Shown one piece after another: positions 1 to 9,651 of a DNA stretch of 64,000 nt. Below the pieces are notes generated by a model, which was not told where the DNA came from, did no database searches, and saw nothing but the letters and a program-made list of their open reading frames with translations. A program made the translations under genes and the position numbers. Where the stretch lies: the IMG/VR virus record IMGVR_UViG_3300009093_000035, positions 124,001 to 188,000 of that record; one strand, given 5' to 3'. How positions within the stretch are numbered: position 1 is the stretch's first letter; every line of letters starts with the position of its first letter.

Positions 1-551
1 AGCTTCGTGACGATCAACCCCTGGCCGGCCTGGAAGCCTCCCCGAGAGAGCTTCACCGGTTCCGTCACTGTGAGACGGTCATTGACCGCGAGCTTCGGCG
101 GAAGGGTGTACCCCTCTTCCTTCATCTTGAAGTAGCGCGGGTACGCCTGACGGACGGTTCGCTCGTTCGAAGCAATCATCGAGTCCGAGTAGGTCTTCCC
201 GAAGAGAAGCGGATACCACTCTGGGTGCTCGAAGAAGGGGATCGAGGCCGCCTCGTCCTCCTCGAACCAGACGTATCCGCCGGCCTTCTCTCCGATTCGG
301 TAGGCCGGAGCCGAAAGGACCTTCCGAGCCACGCCGTCCGAGATCCCCATCCCCCCGTGGCTCGCAGTCGAGACCCAACTCACCCCTCGAAGCGAAGGAT
401 GGTCGTACATCGTCTGGACCGTTCCCCACGGAGACTTCGGAGCCTTCGGATCGTTGTAGCTCCAGTTGCGAGTACGGGGAGAAGCCTTCTTGTCCATGAC
501 GCCCGGCTCCTTGTCCCAGTTCGCGAGTTCTTCGTAGGTAGCGATGCTCAT
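1..551 (-). CDS. Hypothetical protein running off the left edge (SPWG...STASHGG...WFEED; DUF7007-like)
   Basis: Not in the ORF track. Manual translation from the ATG at 551 (MSIATYEELANWDKEPGVMDKKASPRT...) is open to position 1 and follows directly after the stop at 554. Confidence 0.7.
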   Translation of the reverse strand, partial: MSIATYEELANWDKEPGVMDKKASPRTRNWSYNDPKAPKSPWGTVQTMYDHPSLRGVSWVSTASHGGMGISDGVARKVLSAPAYRIGEKAGGYVWFEEDEAASIPFFEHPEWYPLLFGKTYSDSMIASNERTVRQAYPRYFKMKEEGYTLPPKLAVNDRLTVTEPVKLSRGGFQAGQGLIVTK

Positions 552-553
552 GA

Positions 554-1807
554 TCAGAGCTTCTTCATGACGTCGGTCCACTCTTCGAGGGACTTCCGGT
601 TCCGACCCACATCGGCCTCCGTAGCGGGCTGGACCACTCCGTTGATCGTGAATCCGGAGCTGCCGTTGGCGTTCGCCTCCAGGAGCTTCTCGTAGAGTTT
701 CACCTTCATCGGGACGAACTTCTTCAAGATCGTCGTGTCCGCTCCGGGGAAGTCCGAGAGGAACTCCGACATCTGAGCCGCCTCGGAATACTCCCCGAGG
801 CCGGTCCACTGAACGTGGCCCTTCTCGTCGAGGTACATCGCTCCGGCGAACTTCAGGTAGGTCGAAGCCTTCGGCTTGTTCCAGCGGCCCGTCTTCGGGT
901 CCATCGTCTGGGAGAGGAAACGGTAGCCCTTCCCGGAGTTGAACTCCAGCCAGAACTTCGCCTGGGTTCGGAGCTTGAACCCGTAGGGGTAGTCGTCGAC
1001 CACATAGGCCGAGTTCGGATCAGTGTGGCCGTAGAGGGGCTTCTTCGTCGAGGCCTTCTTCTCGAACTTCCCGCCCTTGGACTCGATCTTCTTCCGATCC
1101 GCGTCGGTGAGCCGATCCTTCTTGGCCTTGGAGTCCATCATCTCCTGCCACTCGGCTTCGTCTTCGTTCTTCGCCGGTCGCCAGGCGATCACTTCCTTCT
1201 CGGAAGCGGCGTGGTTCGACGGCATCCAGAGATCGTTCTCCTTCGCCGCGAACTCCTCCAGCTTCTGGAGGAACTTCATGTCCGCATCATCGAGAGCCTC
1301 GTAGGCCTCGTCGAGCGTCTTGTACTTCTCGTCGAAGTAGTCCCCCACCATCGCCAAGAACTTCTTCTCCACGTCGGACTCGGCGCCCTTCATGTGGTTC
1401 TTGATCCCCTTGATCATGCTCTGAGTCATGATCCCGCCCGTCTTCGAGAGGAGGGGGAGGAGAAGGGGGCGAAGCTCGGGCTTCTCGTGAGCGAGCCGAA
1501 TCGTAGCTGAACGGAGGTTGGTCATGGCTCGCTTCTCGTTGGGATGTTCTCGGAGATACCGCTCGCGAATAGAGGGATTCTCCCACTGAGGGAAGATGAA
1601 CTCCATCCCCTCCTGCTCGTAGGGAACGCGATTCTTCTTCAGCCAAGCGACGAACAGGTTGGCGGTGCCCCTGGTCCCCCACTCGACTACCGCCCGCGAA
1701 TCGTTCGCCTGGGGATTGCGCGTCGAGTAACTTGAGTTGCCGAACGTGTTCTCATCGTCCGCATCTCTCATCGCTCTGACGAGATCTTCGAATTCGTGGA
1801 AAGCCAT
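554..1807 (-). CDS. Multi-module protein with an internal LRSATIRLAHEKPELR tag; putative head cargo
   Basis: 417 aa. Internal Met at 1525 begins the tag. Modules are separated by KRA/KTG/KKAS motifs. C-terminal domain reads YVVDDYPYGF...WNKPKASTY. Confidence 0.75.
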   Translation of the reverse strand: MAFHEFEDLVRAMRDADDENTFGNSSYSTRNPQANDSRAVVEWGTRGTANLFVAWLKKNRVPYEQEGMEFIFPQWENPSIRERYLREHPNEKRAMTNLRSATIRLAHEKPELRPLLLPLLSKTGGIMTQSMIKGIKNHMKGAESDVEKKFLAMVGDYFDEKYKTLDEAYEALDDADMKFLQKLEEFAAKENDLWMPSNHAASEKEVIAWRPAKNEDEAEWQEMMDSKAKKDRLTDADRKKIESKGGKFEKKASTKKPLYGHTDPNSAYVVDDYPYGFKLRTQAKFWLEFNSGKGYRFLSQTMDPKTGRWNKPKASTYLKFAGAMYLDEKGHVQWTGLGEYSEAAQMSEFLSDFPGADTTILKKFVPMKVKLYEKLLEANANGSSGFTINGVVQPATEADVGRNRKSLEEWTDVMKKL

Positions 1808-1808
1808 C

Positions 1809-2447
1809 TCACTCCACCACGATCACGACGGAAAGATCGCGGACGACGGGGACCGCCCCGTACACCGCGAGCTTCGGCTTCACCTTCTTCAGGAGGGCGC
1901 TGAAATACGCCTCGTGGACTCTCTGGTCGAGGTGGCTGACCTTCTTCTTGTAGGCCCAATCGGTGTACGGGAAAGTGAGGTCGAACCAGTACTGAGCCTG
2001 ACCATCCTCGACCTTGAAGGACGAGTAGGAGGACCTCTTCGGGAGGATCGAGAGAGCCTCCCGAACGATGCGCTTGTCTTCCTCGGGACCGGCCGCGACG
2101 CGACCGAGAGCCTTCTCTCGCCGCTCTTGGGCTTGCTGGGGAGTGAGACCGATCGCCTTCGCTGCCTGACGGATCGCCTCTGACCAGGTCTTCCCGTAGT
2201 AGCCTTCGACCCCGAGCCCGCCCGCCGAACTGGCGCGAGTGACTCCGCGTCGAGACTTCCAGATCGAAGCTGTCCACTCCGGTCCGAGGAGGATCTTCAC
2301 GAGCTTGTCGACGGTTCGAGCCGACTGGCGATCGAGGATCGCCTCTTCGGCCTCAGCAGCAGCCTTCGCCAACAACGGCAGAAGATGCTCCCGAAGCTCG
2401 GGCTTCTCGTGGGCGAGTCGGATCGTGGCTGAGCGGAGGGATGCCAT
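1809..2447 (-). CDS. Hypothetical protein with an N-terminal LRSATIRLAHEKPELR tag; putative head cargo
   Basis: 212 aa, SD-like AGGGAG before the ATG, preceded by CGGT-N7-CTAT. Confidence 0.8.
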   Translation of the reverse strand: MASLRSATIRLAHEKPELREHLLPLLAKAAAEAEEAILDRQSARTVDKLVKILLGPEWTASIWKSRRGVTRASSAGGLGVEGYYGKTWSEAIRQAAKAIGLTPQQAQERREKALGRVAAGPEEDKRIVREALSILPKRSSYSSFKVEDGQAQYWFDLTFPYTDWAYKKKVSHLDQRVHEAYFSALLKKVKPKLAVYGAVPVVRDLSVVIVVE

Positions 2448-2462
2448 CTCCCTGAACCGGAA

Positions 2463-2477
2463 ATAGCTATCCCACCG
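2463..2477 (-). promoter_or_regulatory. Putative late promoter motif CGGT-N7-CTAT
   Basis: 15 nt upstream of the ATG at 2447; same pattern recurs at 7 other gene starts. Confidence 0.55.
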
Positions 2478-3636
2478 ACCGGGCTCGGATCTCGGTGGAA
2501 CTGATGTCCCAAGATCCCGGAAGGCGAGTCCAAACGCTGAGCGCCTCCAAAGACACGAGACCCGACGGGGCCAGCTCTTTCGAGCGCTTCTGGGAGACCT
2601 CGTCGATCGTGAGGAGCTTCCCGTCCACGATCCGGTTGGCGACGTAGAACCGACACCCGAGCTTCGAGAACTCGGTGATCATGTCCAGAACGCCGTCTCG
2701 ACCCTCCCCGTACCACTTCGGATCGAGCATCCGATCCATCGCGTCCGTTCCGATCACGAAACCCGCGCCGGGGTACTTCCGAGCCTTGTCGAGGTAGAGC
2801 GCGTCGTCGTACCCGAAGAGGAGGTCCTTCCCCCGGAACTGAGGGATTCGAGCGAGAGCCTCCGACACCGAGATCGTCTCCTTATGAGGAGGCTTCATCG
2901 TGATGTAGTAGGTCGCCCGGAGACCCGAGACCTTCTCCGCCGCCTCGGCCATCCCGAAGTGGCCAAAGTGAACCGGGTTGAACGCCCCCGGCACCAGAAG
3001 AAGCCCCCTCCCGTCCTTCGGGGCTTCCGTCCGAGTCCCGTCGGCTCGGAAGTAGGGGAGGCTCAGGAAGGGGTGGAGGTCTTGCGTCACGTGGACGGCT
3101 CCGCCCTGATAGATCTCCGCATCCAGGGGCTTCCCGGTGTAGGAGAGCTTCGCGGCAGACATGATCATGTCCATCGCGAGATGTACCACGAACTCCTCGT
3201 CCTTCTGACGAGCTTCGTACCCCACCCCTTTCCGGATGATGACGGAAGTGTGGAAGGCCGGCTCGTCCTTCGTACGGACGGCCACGCATACGCGATGGTC
3301 CCCTCGGTGTTCCCGAGTCCCGGCCACCGAAGCCGTGATCCCGACTCCGATCGGAGCCCCAGCCCGCTTCGAAGAGAGAGCCTTCATGTACGAGACCGAG
3401 GCCATGTCCACCGCAACGGACTCGGCGACGTACTTCTCCGGGCGGTACCCAAGGAACTCCGCGGTCGCGTCCTGATCGTACGGGAAGGACCCTCCGACCA
3501 GCACGGAGGAGATTCCGGGGACCGCCCACAACAGGGCCTGGAGGCTCGCCCCGGCCCCCGTAGCGGCGACGTAGAGCCGCGTAGGAGGTCCCGCGATCAA
3601 CCGCTCGATCGCCTCACGTTCAGCGAGCGTAGGCAC
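2467..3636 (-). CDS. CinA/PncC-like domain fused to NMN/NaMN adenylyltransferase (NadD/NadM-like)
   Basis: N-terminal TGAG..PGISS..PY..GVGITAS resembles the CinA C-terminal fold. C-terminal PGAFNPVHFGH (HxGH) and DISSTEIR are nucleotidyltransferase motifs. Overlaps the end of NAMPT. Confidence 0.8.
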   Translation of the reverse strand: MPTLAEREAIERLIAGPPTRLYVAATGAGASLQALLWAVPGISSVLVGGSFPYDQDATAEFLGYRPEKYVAESVAVDMASVSYMKALSSKRAGAPIGVGITASVAGTREHRGDHRVCVAVRTKDEPAFHTSVIIRKGVGYEARQKDEEFVVHLAMDMIMSAAKLSYTGKPLDAEIYQGGAVHVTQDLHPFLSLPYFRADGTRTEAPKDGRGLLLVPGAFNPVHFGHFGMAEAAEKVSGLRATYYITMKPPHKETISVSEALARIPQFRGKDLLFGYDDALYLDKARKYPGAGFVIGTDAMDRMLDPKWYGEGRDGVLDMITEFSKLGCRFYVANRIVDGKLLTIDEVSQKRSKELAPSGLVSLEALSVWTRLPGSWDISSTEIRARSVG

Positions 3637-5029
3637 GAAGCGGCTCCAGTGCGTTCGCCCGGACGACGTCCAGCATGATGCCGGAGCCGACCTGCTTCCC
3701 GTTCTCGTAGACGACGTGGAGGAGGGATGGGGCGTCCGACGAGCCCTCGGGGACGGTCATCGGCCCCGTCGGTCCCATCACGAGATCGAGACGGCCGCGC
3801 TTCGAGCGCTTCCCCGGATCCGTGACCGGGTCCTTGTAGACGTCGACCCACTTCCCGTCGATCAGACCCGACGAGCACTTGAAGGCGAACTTCTGGGTGT
3901 CGCGATCGACCTTCTGGAGAAGAGCCCCGCCCATCCCGAATCCGACGTTCGAGGCCGAGAACTGCTTCGACTCCGCCTCGTCGAGGATCTCCCCGATCGA
4001 GTTGTAGTTGATCCCGTCGCCCTGGATGATGCCGTAGTAGGCCGGAAGGACCTTGTAGCCCTTCTTGTTCTTCACGAGCGTCAGCTTCTTGTCGAGGAGC
4101 TGGAGGCAGGTACGGACGACCTCCGGCGGAATCCCCGAGTCCGGACGGATCACCATCTTCGCTCCCGAGCGCGCGACGTCGGCATGGAGAAGATCGCCCC
4201 AGAGGTTCTCCACGACGTTGTAGAGGTCGTACGAGTCCGAGACGCAGGCGACGATCGTCCCCGGCTTCGCGAACTGCTTGATCATGTTCCGGTACGCCTC
4301 GACCTCCATCTCCCGCCCCCAGGACGTGATCGTGGAGTGTTCGGAGGCCGGAATCGAGAACGCGGCCATTCCCTCGGGAGTCCCGTAGTAATGGTTCGCG
4401 TAGCGAATCCCCTCGATCGTGTCGGAGCCCTTGAAGTTCACGAGGTGGCTCATCCCGCCGATCCCTGCGCTCTCTCGCGAAGAGACGCCGCGCGAACCGA
4501 AGTCATGTAGCTTGAAGTCGATCTCCCCGAGCGGGTCGTCCGACGACTTCAGGAGGTGACGGAAGATCTCCGCCTTGCAGTGCCAAGAGAGCGTCGAGAC
4601 CGTGATCGGGTACCAGAGACGCATCAGCATCGTCTCCAGCCATCCGACGACCCAGAAGGTCTCCGGGTCGGTGCTCTCGACCGTCACGAGAACGTTGTTC
4701 ACGGGAACGACCGTTCCTTCGCGAACAGCCTTGATCCGAACAGGGAAGTAGCCGAGGTCTCGGATCCGCTCCATCCCCTTCCTCGGGAACGGGACGCCGT
4801 GAAGACGACAGAACGTGTCCATCTCGTCGATGTCGGCCGTCGTGACGAGGGCCTGGAGGTACCGAACGATCAGGTACTGGAGACCGAAGAAGACCGTCCG
4901 ATCGAACATCCCTCCTCGCGACTCCAGATACGAGTACATCCCCGTCATCTTGGGCGGGTACTGGAGGAAGTGGGAGGTCTTGTAGCTGTCGACGTCGCCG
5001 ATCGGATTTTCGCGGAGGGGTTCGCTCAT
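3620..5029 (-). CDS. nadV: Nicotinamide phosphoribosyltransferase (NAMPT)
   Basis: DSYKTSH, LHDFGSRG, SIPASEHS, VSDSYD, IRPDSG, IQGDG, FGMGGALLQ, KDPVTDPGKRSKRG motifs. Confidence 0.96.
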   Translation of the reverse strand: MSEPLRENPIGDVDSYKTSHFLQYPPKMTGMYSYLESRGGMFDRTVFFGLQYLIVRYLQALVTTADIDEMDTFCRLHGVPFPRKGMERIRDLGYFPVRIKAVREGTVVPVNNVLVTVESTDPETFWVVGWLETMLMRLWYPITVSTLSWHCKAEIFRHLLKSSDDPLGEIDFKLHDFGSRGVSSRESAGIGGMSHLVNFKGSDTIEGIRYANHYYGTPEGMAAFSIPASEHSTITSWGREMEVEAYRNMIKQFAKPGTIVACVSDSYDLYNVVENLWGDLLHADVARSGAKMVIRPDSGIPPEVVRTCLQLLDKKLTLVKNKKGYKVLPAYYGIIQGDGINYNSIGEILDEAESKQFSASNVGFGMGGALLQKVDRDTQKFAFKCSSGLIDGKWVDVYKDPVTDPGKRSKRGRLDLVMGPTGPMTVPEGSSDAPSLLHVVYENGKQVGSGIMLDVVRANALEPLRAYAR

Positions 5030-5042
5030 GTTCTTGGTCCTG

Positions 5043-5474
5043 TTACTCTTCGGAGGTCGTGTGGAGGGCGTACCCGTCCGACACGTGGTCGAACAGTCGC
5101 TTGTTGTAGTCGTAGAAGCTGTTGGAAGGGTCGAGGAGATCCTTCCACTCGATCCACTTCACCGAGAGACCCGCTTCCTTCGAGAACGGCTCCCCCTCGA
5201 ACTCCGCGAGGTAGGTGATGGAGTCGTAGGTGACCTCGCCGGGACAGAGTCCGCGGAAGATCTTGCGGAGAGTTGTCACAACGACCCCCGTCTCCTCTTG
5301 GACCTCTCGGACGATGGCGTCCTCCGGACTTTCGCCCGTCTCCACCTTCCCGCCCGGGAGACCCATGTCCTCGGGCTTTCCTCGACGGGACACCCCGAGG
5401 ATGAAGCCGTCCTCACGAACGAGGAGGGCGCAGACTGCGAGCGGAACAGCGGGGAGGATCTGGTGGGTGGTCAT
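5043..5474 (-). CDS. Nudix hydrolase
   Basis: Nudix box GGKVETGESPEDAIVREVQEETG. Likely start is MTTHQ at 5474 rather than 5636. Confidence 0.9.
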   Translation of the reverse strand: MTTHQILPAVPLAVCALLVREDGFILGVSRRGKPEDMGLPGGKVETGESPEDAIVREVQEETGVVVTTLRKIFRGLCPGEVTYDSITYLAEFEGEPFSKEAGLSVKWIEWKDLLDPSNSFYDYNKRLFDHVSDGYALHTTSEE

Positions 5475-5772
5475 TCTGTCCGAGGTAACGACCGAGAGAA
5501 GGGTCGCTACACTCCTTACGCCCACTCGGGGCGAGCGATAACGCTCGATCGAGGCGCCGACGTCGCGGTTGCAAATTTTTCGTAACCTTTCTCGATCGAT
5601 CGACTTCGGAAGGATTTTCGGACACTTCCGAGCCAAAAATCGAATTCCAAAATTCGCTGCTGTAGTAGGCCCGGAATTAGCTAGCGGTAGGGGCTCCTGG
5701 GCTTAGATAGGCCCAGTTCCGGAGTTCCCCCCTGGACCTCTTGGTTAAGACCCTACTCACAAAGGACTATCC

Positions 5773-6057
5773 ATGACCCTCGATTCCGCTCGTGTGTCCC
5801 ACCCCTCGACCAACGACCAGAACGTCTCCACCCCCGCTCCGGTGAAGACGAGACCGCGGTCGAGGGAAGCGAAGACGCTCTCGTACCTGAAGAGGCTCCA
5901 CTCTCTCCAGGCGTCCTCCCACGACGTCGCCCGCTACCTCGATCTTCCGAGCCCCTGGGGCCCGGCTCAGGCGGTCGCTTCTCTGGAGAAGCTGATCCGC
6001 GAGAAGAAGGTGAAGAAGGTGAAGTCGGGCGGAGAGACGAGATACCTCGCTCGCTGA
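5773..6057 (+). CDS. Small basic protein, possible winged-helix DNA binder
   Basis: AAGGA SD; helix-turn-helix-like spacing followed by the wing-like KVKKVKSGGETRY. One of very few plus-strand genes. Confidence 0.55.
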   Translation: MTLDSARVSHPSTNDQNVSTPAPVKTRPRSREAKTLSYLKRLHSLQASSHDVARYLDLPSPWGPAQAVASLEKLIREKKVKKVKSGGETRYLAR

Positions 6058-6076
6058 TCCATTCGTCCGAGGGGGG

Positions 6077-6274
6077 CTACAACCTGAGTCCGGGGATCGC
6101 CCAGTCTAGCCATCTCCGGACAAAGAAGACGGGAACGCATACCTCGTCCCCGTACCCGCCGCCGGGTCCTACGACCAGACACCTCACCCCATACAGGTCT
6201 ATGTACGTCCCGGTCGGGATAGGGATCTCGTGGAGCGTCGTCGCGGCGTACCACCTTGCCGTTTCGTCATCCAT
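6077..6274 (-). CDS. Hypothetical protein
   Basis: 65 aa, overlaps the stop of the upstream minus-strand ORF. Confidence 0.45.
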   Translation of the reverse strand: MDDETARWYAATTLHEIPIPTGTYIDLYGVRCLVVGPGGGYGDEVCVPVFFVRRWLDWAIPGLRL

Positions 6275-6689
6275 CCAAGAACGCCTTCAGCCTCGCGAGG
6301 AAGCCTCGGTCCACTCCCGGCAGGTGTGAGCGGCAAGCTCGTCCGTAAGGTTGAGGCTTCTTCGGTAGAATGGGGGCGTTGTCTTCGGTCTTCGAGAGCT
6401 TCTTCGGCTTCTCTTTTTCGACCGGCGTGTGCCAGGCGATCTCGGCGTCGGCCCCACAGCAACAATGCTGGTCCGCCAAGAAGTCGGGATCCTTCGTGAT
6501 GATCAGAGAGGAAGACCCCTCGCCCGAGCGCCTCTGCTCGACCGTCCCGGTTTCCGGGTACGGTTCCGCCTGACGTCGGGCGAGGTCCTCAGCGTCTTTC
6601 TCCCAGGTCGAGGGATCTCCGAGGCGCGAAAGAGCTTCCTCTCGCGAGATCTTCCTTCCCTCCAGGTTGGGATCGAGCGGCTTCGTCAT
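6267..6689 (-). CDS. Hypothetical protein (CCCG...CRSH possible metal site)
   Basis: 140 aa; GGCGTAA motif 9 nt upstream. Confidence 0.6.
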   Translation of the reverse strand: MTKPLDPNLEGRKISREEALSRLGDPSTWEKDAEDLARRQAEPYPETGTVEQRRSGEGSSSLIITKDPDFLADQHCCCGADAEIAWHTPVEKEKPKKLSKTEDNAPILPKKPQPYGRACRSHLPGVDRGFLARLKAFLDG

Positions 6690-6706
6690 ACGACGAAGTT
6701 ACGCCC

Positions 6707-6913
6707 TCACTGACCTTCGGGCGAAGGAACCGACCGTCCCTCGACGGTCGGACCCGAGACGGCTCCCGTCACCGGATCTCGGTTCAGGAAGAAAGTCGGC
6801 CGACCTTCCATATCGATGAAAGCGATCCAGGTCCGGTCTTCGGGCTCGATCCAGCCCTGCCAACCGCCGACCGCCACAGGATCCGAGTATCTCTTCACGA
6901 TGATGTTGTTCAC
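6707..6913 (-). CDS. Hypothetical protein
   Basis: 68 aa, GGAG SD before the GTG. Confidence 0.6.
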   Translation of the reverse strand: MNNIIVKRYSDPVAVGGWQGWIEPEDRTWIAFIDMEGRPTFFLNRDPVTGAVSGPTVEGRSVPSPEGQ

Positions 6914-7208
6914 GGGGATCTCCTAGTTGTGAGGAAGATCCACGAACATCCATCGTGGGTCGCTCGAACTGTACCCGCCTAGTCGGGCCTCTTCAAGTAG
7001 TAACGCCTGTGAACCCCGACCCCGTCAGAGGCGAGAATCTCCCCGCGCTTCCGAAGCCTCTCCAAGGACTCCGCGCAGAGCTTCCACCCCCAGACGCACT
7101 CCTTCCAGGAAGGTTGCTGGTCGAAGCTCAGGTACGGGTAGCTCTGGAGACACTTCAAGACGGACCGGTCGATGATTCGATCGACGGCTTCCGTCGCCTG
7201 CTCTCGCG

Positions 7209-7421
7209 TCAAGGGACCTCCGGGAAACTTCGGTTGTACAGCTCCAAGGCCTGAGTGAGGAGACGCTGCTTCCAGGACAAGTCGTCCTCGTCGGGAGCCT
7301 CCGCGGCGGCCTCGATCGCGGTCCGATTTGCGACGACCCAATTGAGAACGGCCTGGTACTTCGCCGCCCTCTCGGTCTGAATCAATCGAGCCGCGCGTTG
7401 GGTCCAGTGACGACTGCTCAT
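7209..7421 (-). CDS. Hypothetical protein
   Basis: 70 aa, helical; GGCGTAA upstream. Confidence 0.55.
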   Translation of the reverse strand: MSSRHWTQRAARLIQTERAAKYQAVLNWVVANRTAIEAAAEAPDEDDLSWKQRLLTQALELYNRSFPEVP

Positions 7422-7448
7422 GGCCTAGAAGGCCATTACGCCTTGAGG

Positions 7449-9173
7449 TCAGTAGCCGATCGCAGCGCGACGATTCGTGAAGAACGTCGACTGACCCGAG
7501 GTCGTGAGGTGGAGCCCGTCCCCGGCGAGATCACCGGTCGAGTACATCGACGCCCCGCTGATGATGGTGACGTTGACTCTCCCCACGGAGGCCACGGCGT
7601 TCGTCTGAGCCGTCACGAACTGAGCGAAGGTCTGGCCCAACCCGTTCGTCGAGATGTCCGTACGGGGACCGAGGGTCTGTACGAAGACGTGGGTGAAGTA
7701 GGGCGCGACGAGCGTCAGAAGCTGGGTGAGGGCTGTCTGGTAGTCGGAGACGAGAGCCCACTGAGAGAGGCCGAAGTCATTCGTTCAGATCTGGATCAGA
7801 AGCTCGTTCGTCACGGTCCCATCCGCGAGCGCGATCAACGCGTTCGCCATGGCGGTAACGGACGGGTATCGGATCGTGCTCAGCGTCTTCAGCGAGTAGA
7901 TACCCGCCGTCATCTCAGTCGTACGACCCGGGTAGGCATCGCGCGTGAGCATCGAAACGCCGTCGTTCTGGAAGAAGGCGGGGCTCGGGGATGCGTTCTG
8001 GCCGAGGTTGATCGAGTCGCCGATCTCGATGAGACGACGCGTCGGGGTACCCGGAGGCGCGAAGGTCATCGTGCGAGTCGGAGGAAGCCAGATCTGGGAA
8101 AGGTAGTTGCCCGCGTTCGGCGAAGGCGCTCGGTAGCTCTGGGGGCCGACTTCCAACTCGACCGTCTTCACAGTCCCGCCGGTTCCGAGTGAGATCAGGG
8201 GGTAGGCGATCGTCCCCACGTCCACGACGTTCTTCGATCCGCCGTTGATGCGGTAGGCGATCGTGTACTGGATCGTCGTGGTGACTGCGACGGTGAGAAG
8301 CTGGAACTCCTCGGCGTCGGTCGTGAAGAGAAGACGTGCGTACGAAGACGGGGCCTCGTACAGACCGGGGACCACGGTAGTCGGCTCCGTATCCACGTAG
8401 GGGACGCCGACGAGGAGCTGCTCGGTCGTACCGCTCGCCGCAGCGAGAAGCTGGGAGAGCTGAAGCTCGTCGGCGTCGCTCAGCTCCGCCGGGAACAGGA
8501 CGATGAACCGAACGGTCATCGCCGCGAAGGTTCCGGCCGAAGCGTTCACGCCTCCGAGAGCTACCGGCGTCGAGGGAACCACCAACCCGGCGACGCTCGT
8601 AGAGCCCCCGAGAAGGGACCCGAAGAGATCCGTTCCGTTCAGACGCTGGGGACGTACTGCGTTCACCCCGTTCGCGAACGTGCAGCGAGCGCTGTAGATA
8701 CCCCAGCCATCGCTGTACTTCGCGCTCTGGTACTCGTTGATGTTCGGACCGGTCTTCACCGCGATTGCGCCGACGTGAAGGCTGTTGCGGCAGTAGAGAC
8801 CGATGTAGTCGGTCGTACTACCCGCGTTCACCATGTACGACTCGATACCGCCGCCGGTCGCCTTCCCGACCATCACCATCGTGTAGCCGGCCGCGCTCGC
8901 GAAGAACCCGGTGGACCCCAACATCTTGTTGGCCACCCCGTCGAAGACCATGTTCGACCCGACGAGAGTCGGTCGAGCCGTCGTCCCGGTTCCTGCGGTG
9001 AACGCGGATCCTCCGGTACGAGGCGTCCACGACGTACACCTCTGGCCGGTCTCGAAGACCGTGCCGAACAAGGAGTCGAGTAGGATTCCGGACCGCGCCG
9101 AAACGAAGGCCGTGAGAGGGCCAATCGTGTTCTGAGCGGCCCTACCCGCGGCGAGGCCAGGACGGAACGCCAT
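7449..9173 (-). pseudogene. Lectin-like beta-sandwich plus SGNH/GDSL esterase, interrupted by one in-frame TGA at 7785-7787 (nonsense allele or readthrough)
   Basis: Block I IGDSI, block III IQI*TND and block V DGLH are all in one frame. The frame stays open for 111 codons after the TGA, to the stop at 7449. Confidence 0.75.
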
Positions 9174-9176
9174 CGT

Positions 9177-9617
9177 TCAGCTCACTGGCGTGACGAGGAC
9201 GATCTTGTTCGGGACGTCGATTCGAACGAGCCACGACCCCGCGGCAGCGTTCGCGCTCCCGAAGAGCGTGTAGTCGGAGTTGAGACCACCTGGGGTCGTC
9301 CAACCGGCCGAACCGCCTGAAGTGACGTCGATCGTGATCCCGAAAGCGGCGGTGTTCGTCTTCATAACCGTGAAGGCCATCGAAGACGGAGCCACTCTCG
9401 CGTCGATCTTCCGAGTCGCCGTCGGGGTGAACTGGACGATCGGCTCGTTTGCGTTGAAGATCGCGAGAGCCGAGTAGTCCGCGTCATGAGCCGCAGGCGG
9501 GTTCGCAATCGAAGTCGCGTTCGCCGCGACGTCCGAAGTCCCGAGAGCGCCGATCGCGTCCCGAGCGCTCTGCTGAGTAGCTCCGATAGCCTGGAAGAGT
9601 TTTCGGGGGGATGCCAT
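9177..9617 (-). CDS. Putative virion accessory protein with N-terminal PRKLFQAIGATQQSARDAI module
   Basis: Ala/Thr/Gly-rich and beta-rich; N-terminus shared with 11586..13046; late motif upstream. Confidence 0.7.
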   Translation of the reverse strand: MASPRKLFQAIGATQQSARDAIGALGTSDVAANATSIANPPAAHDADYSALAIFNANEPIVQFTPTATRKIDARVAPSSMAFTVMKTNTAAFGITIDVTSGGSAGWTTPGGLNSDYTLFGSANAAAGSWLVRIDVPNKIVLVTPVS

Positions 9618-9634
9618 ACCCCCTACGGACCCTT

Positions 9635-9648
9635 ATAGGCTAGCCAAC
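9635..9648 (-). promoter_or_regulatory. Putative late promoter motif GTT-N7-CTAT
   Basis: 17 nt upstream of the ATG at 9617. Confidence 0.55.
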
Positions 9649-9651
9649 CTG

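Noticed and set aside
5687-5756. tRNA-like cloverleaf
   Set aside because: No properly placed D-loop, T-loop or anticodon arm; no tRNA could be supported in the window.
7785-7787. Genome-wide TGA reassignment (genetic code 4 or 25)
   Set aside because: TGA is the normal stop for MCP, TerL, NrdJ and many ATGA-coupled genes; only this one internal case was seen.
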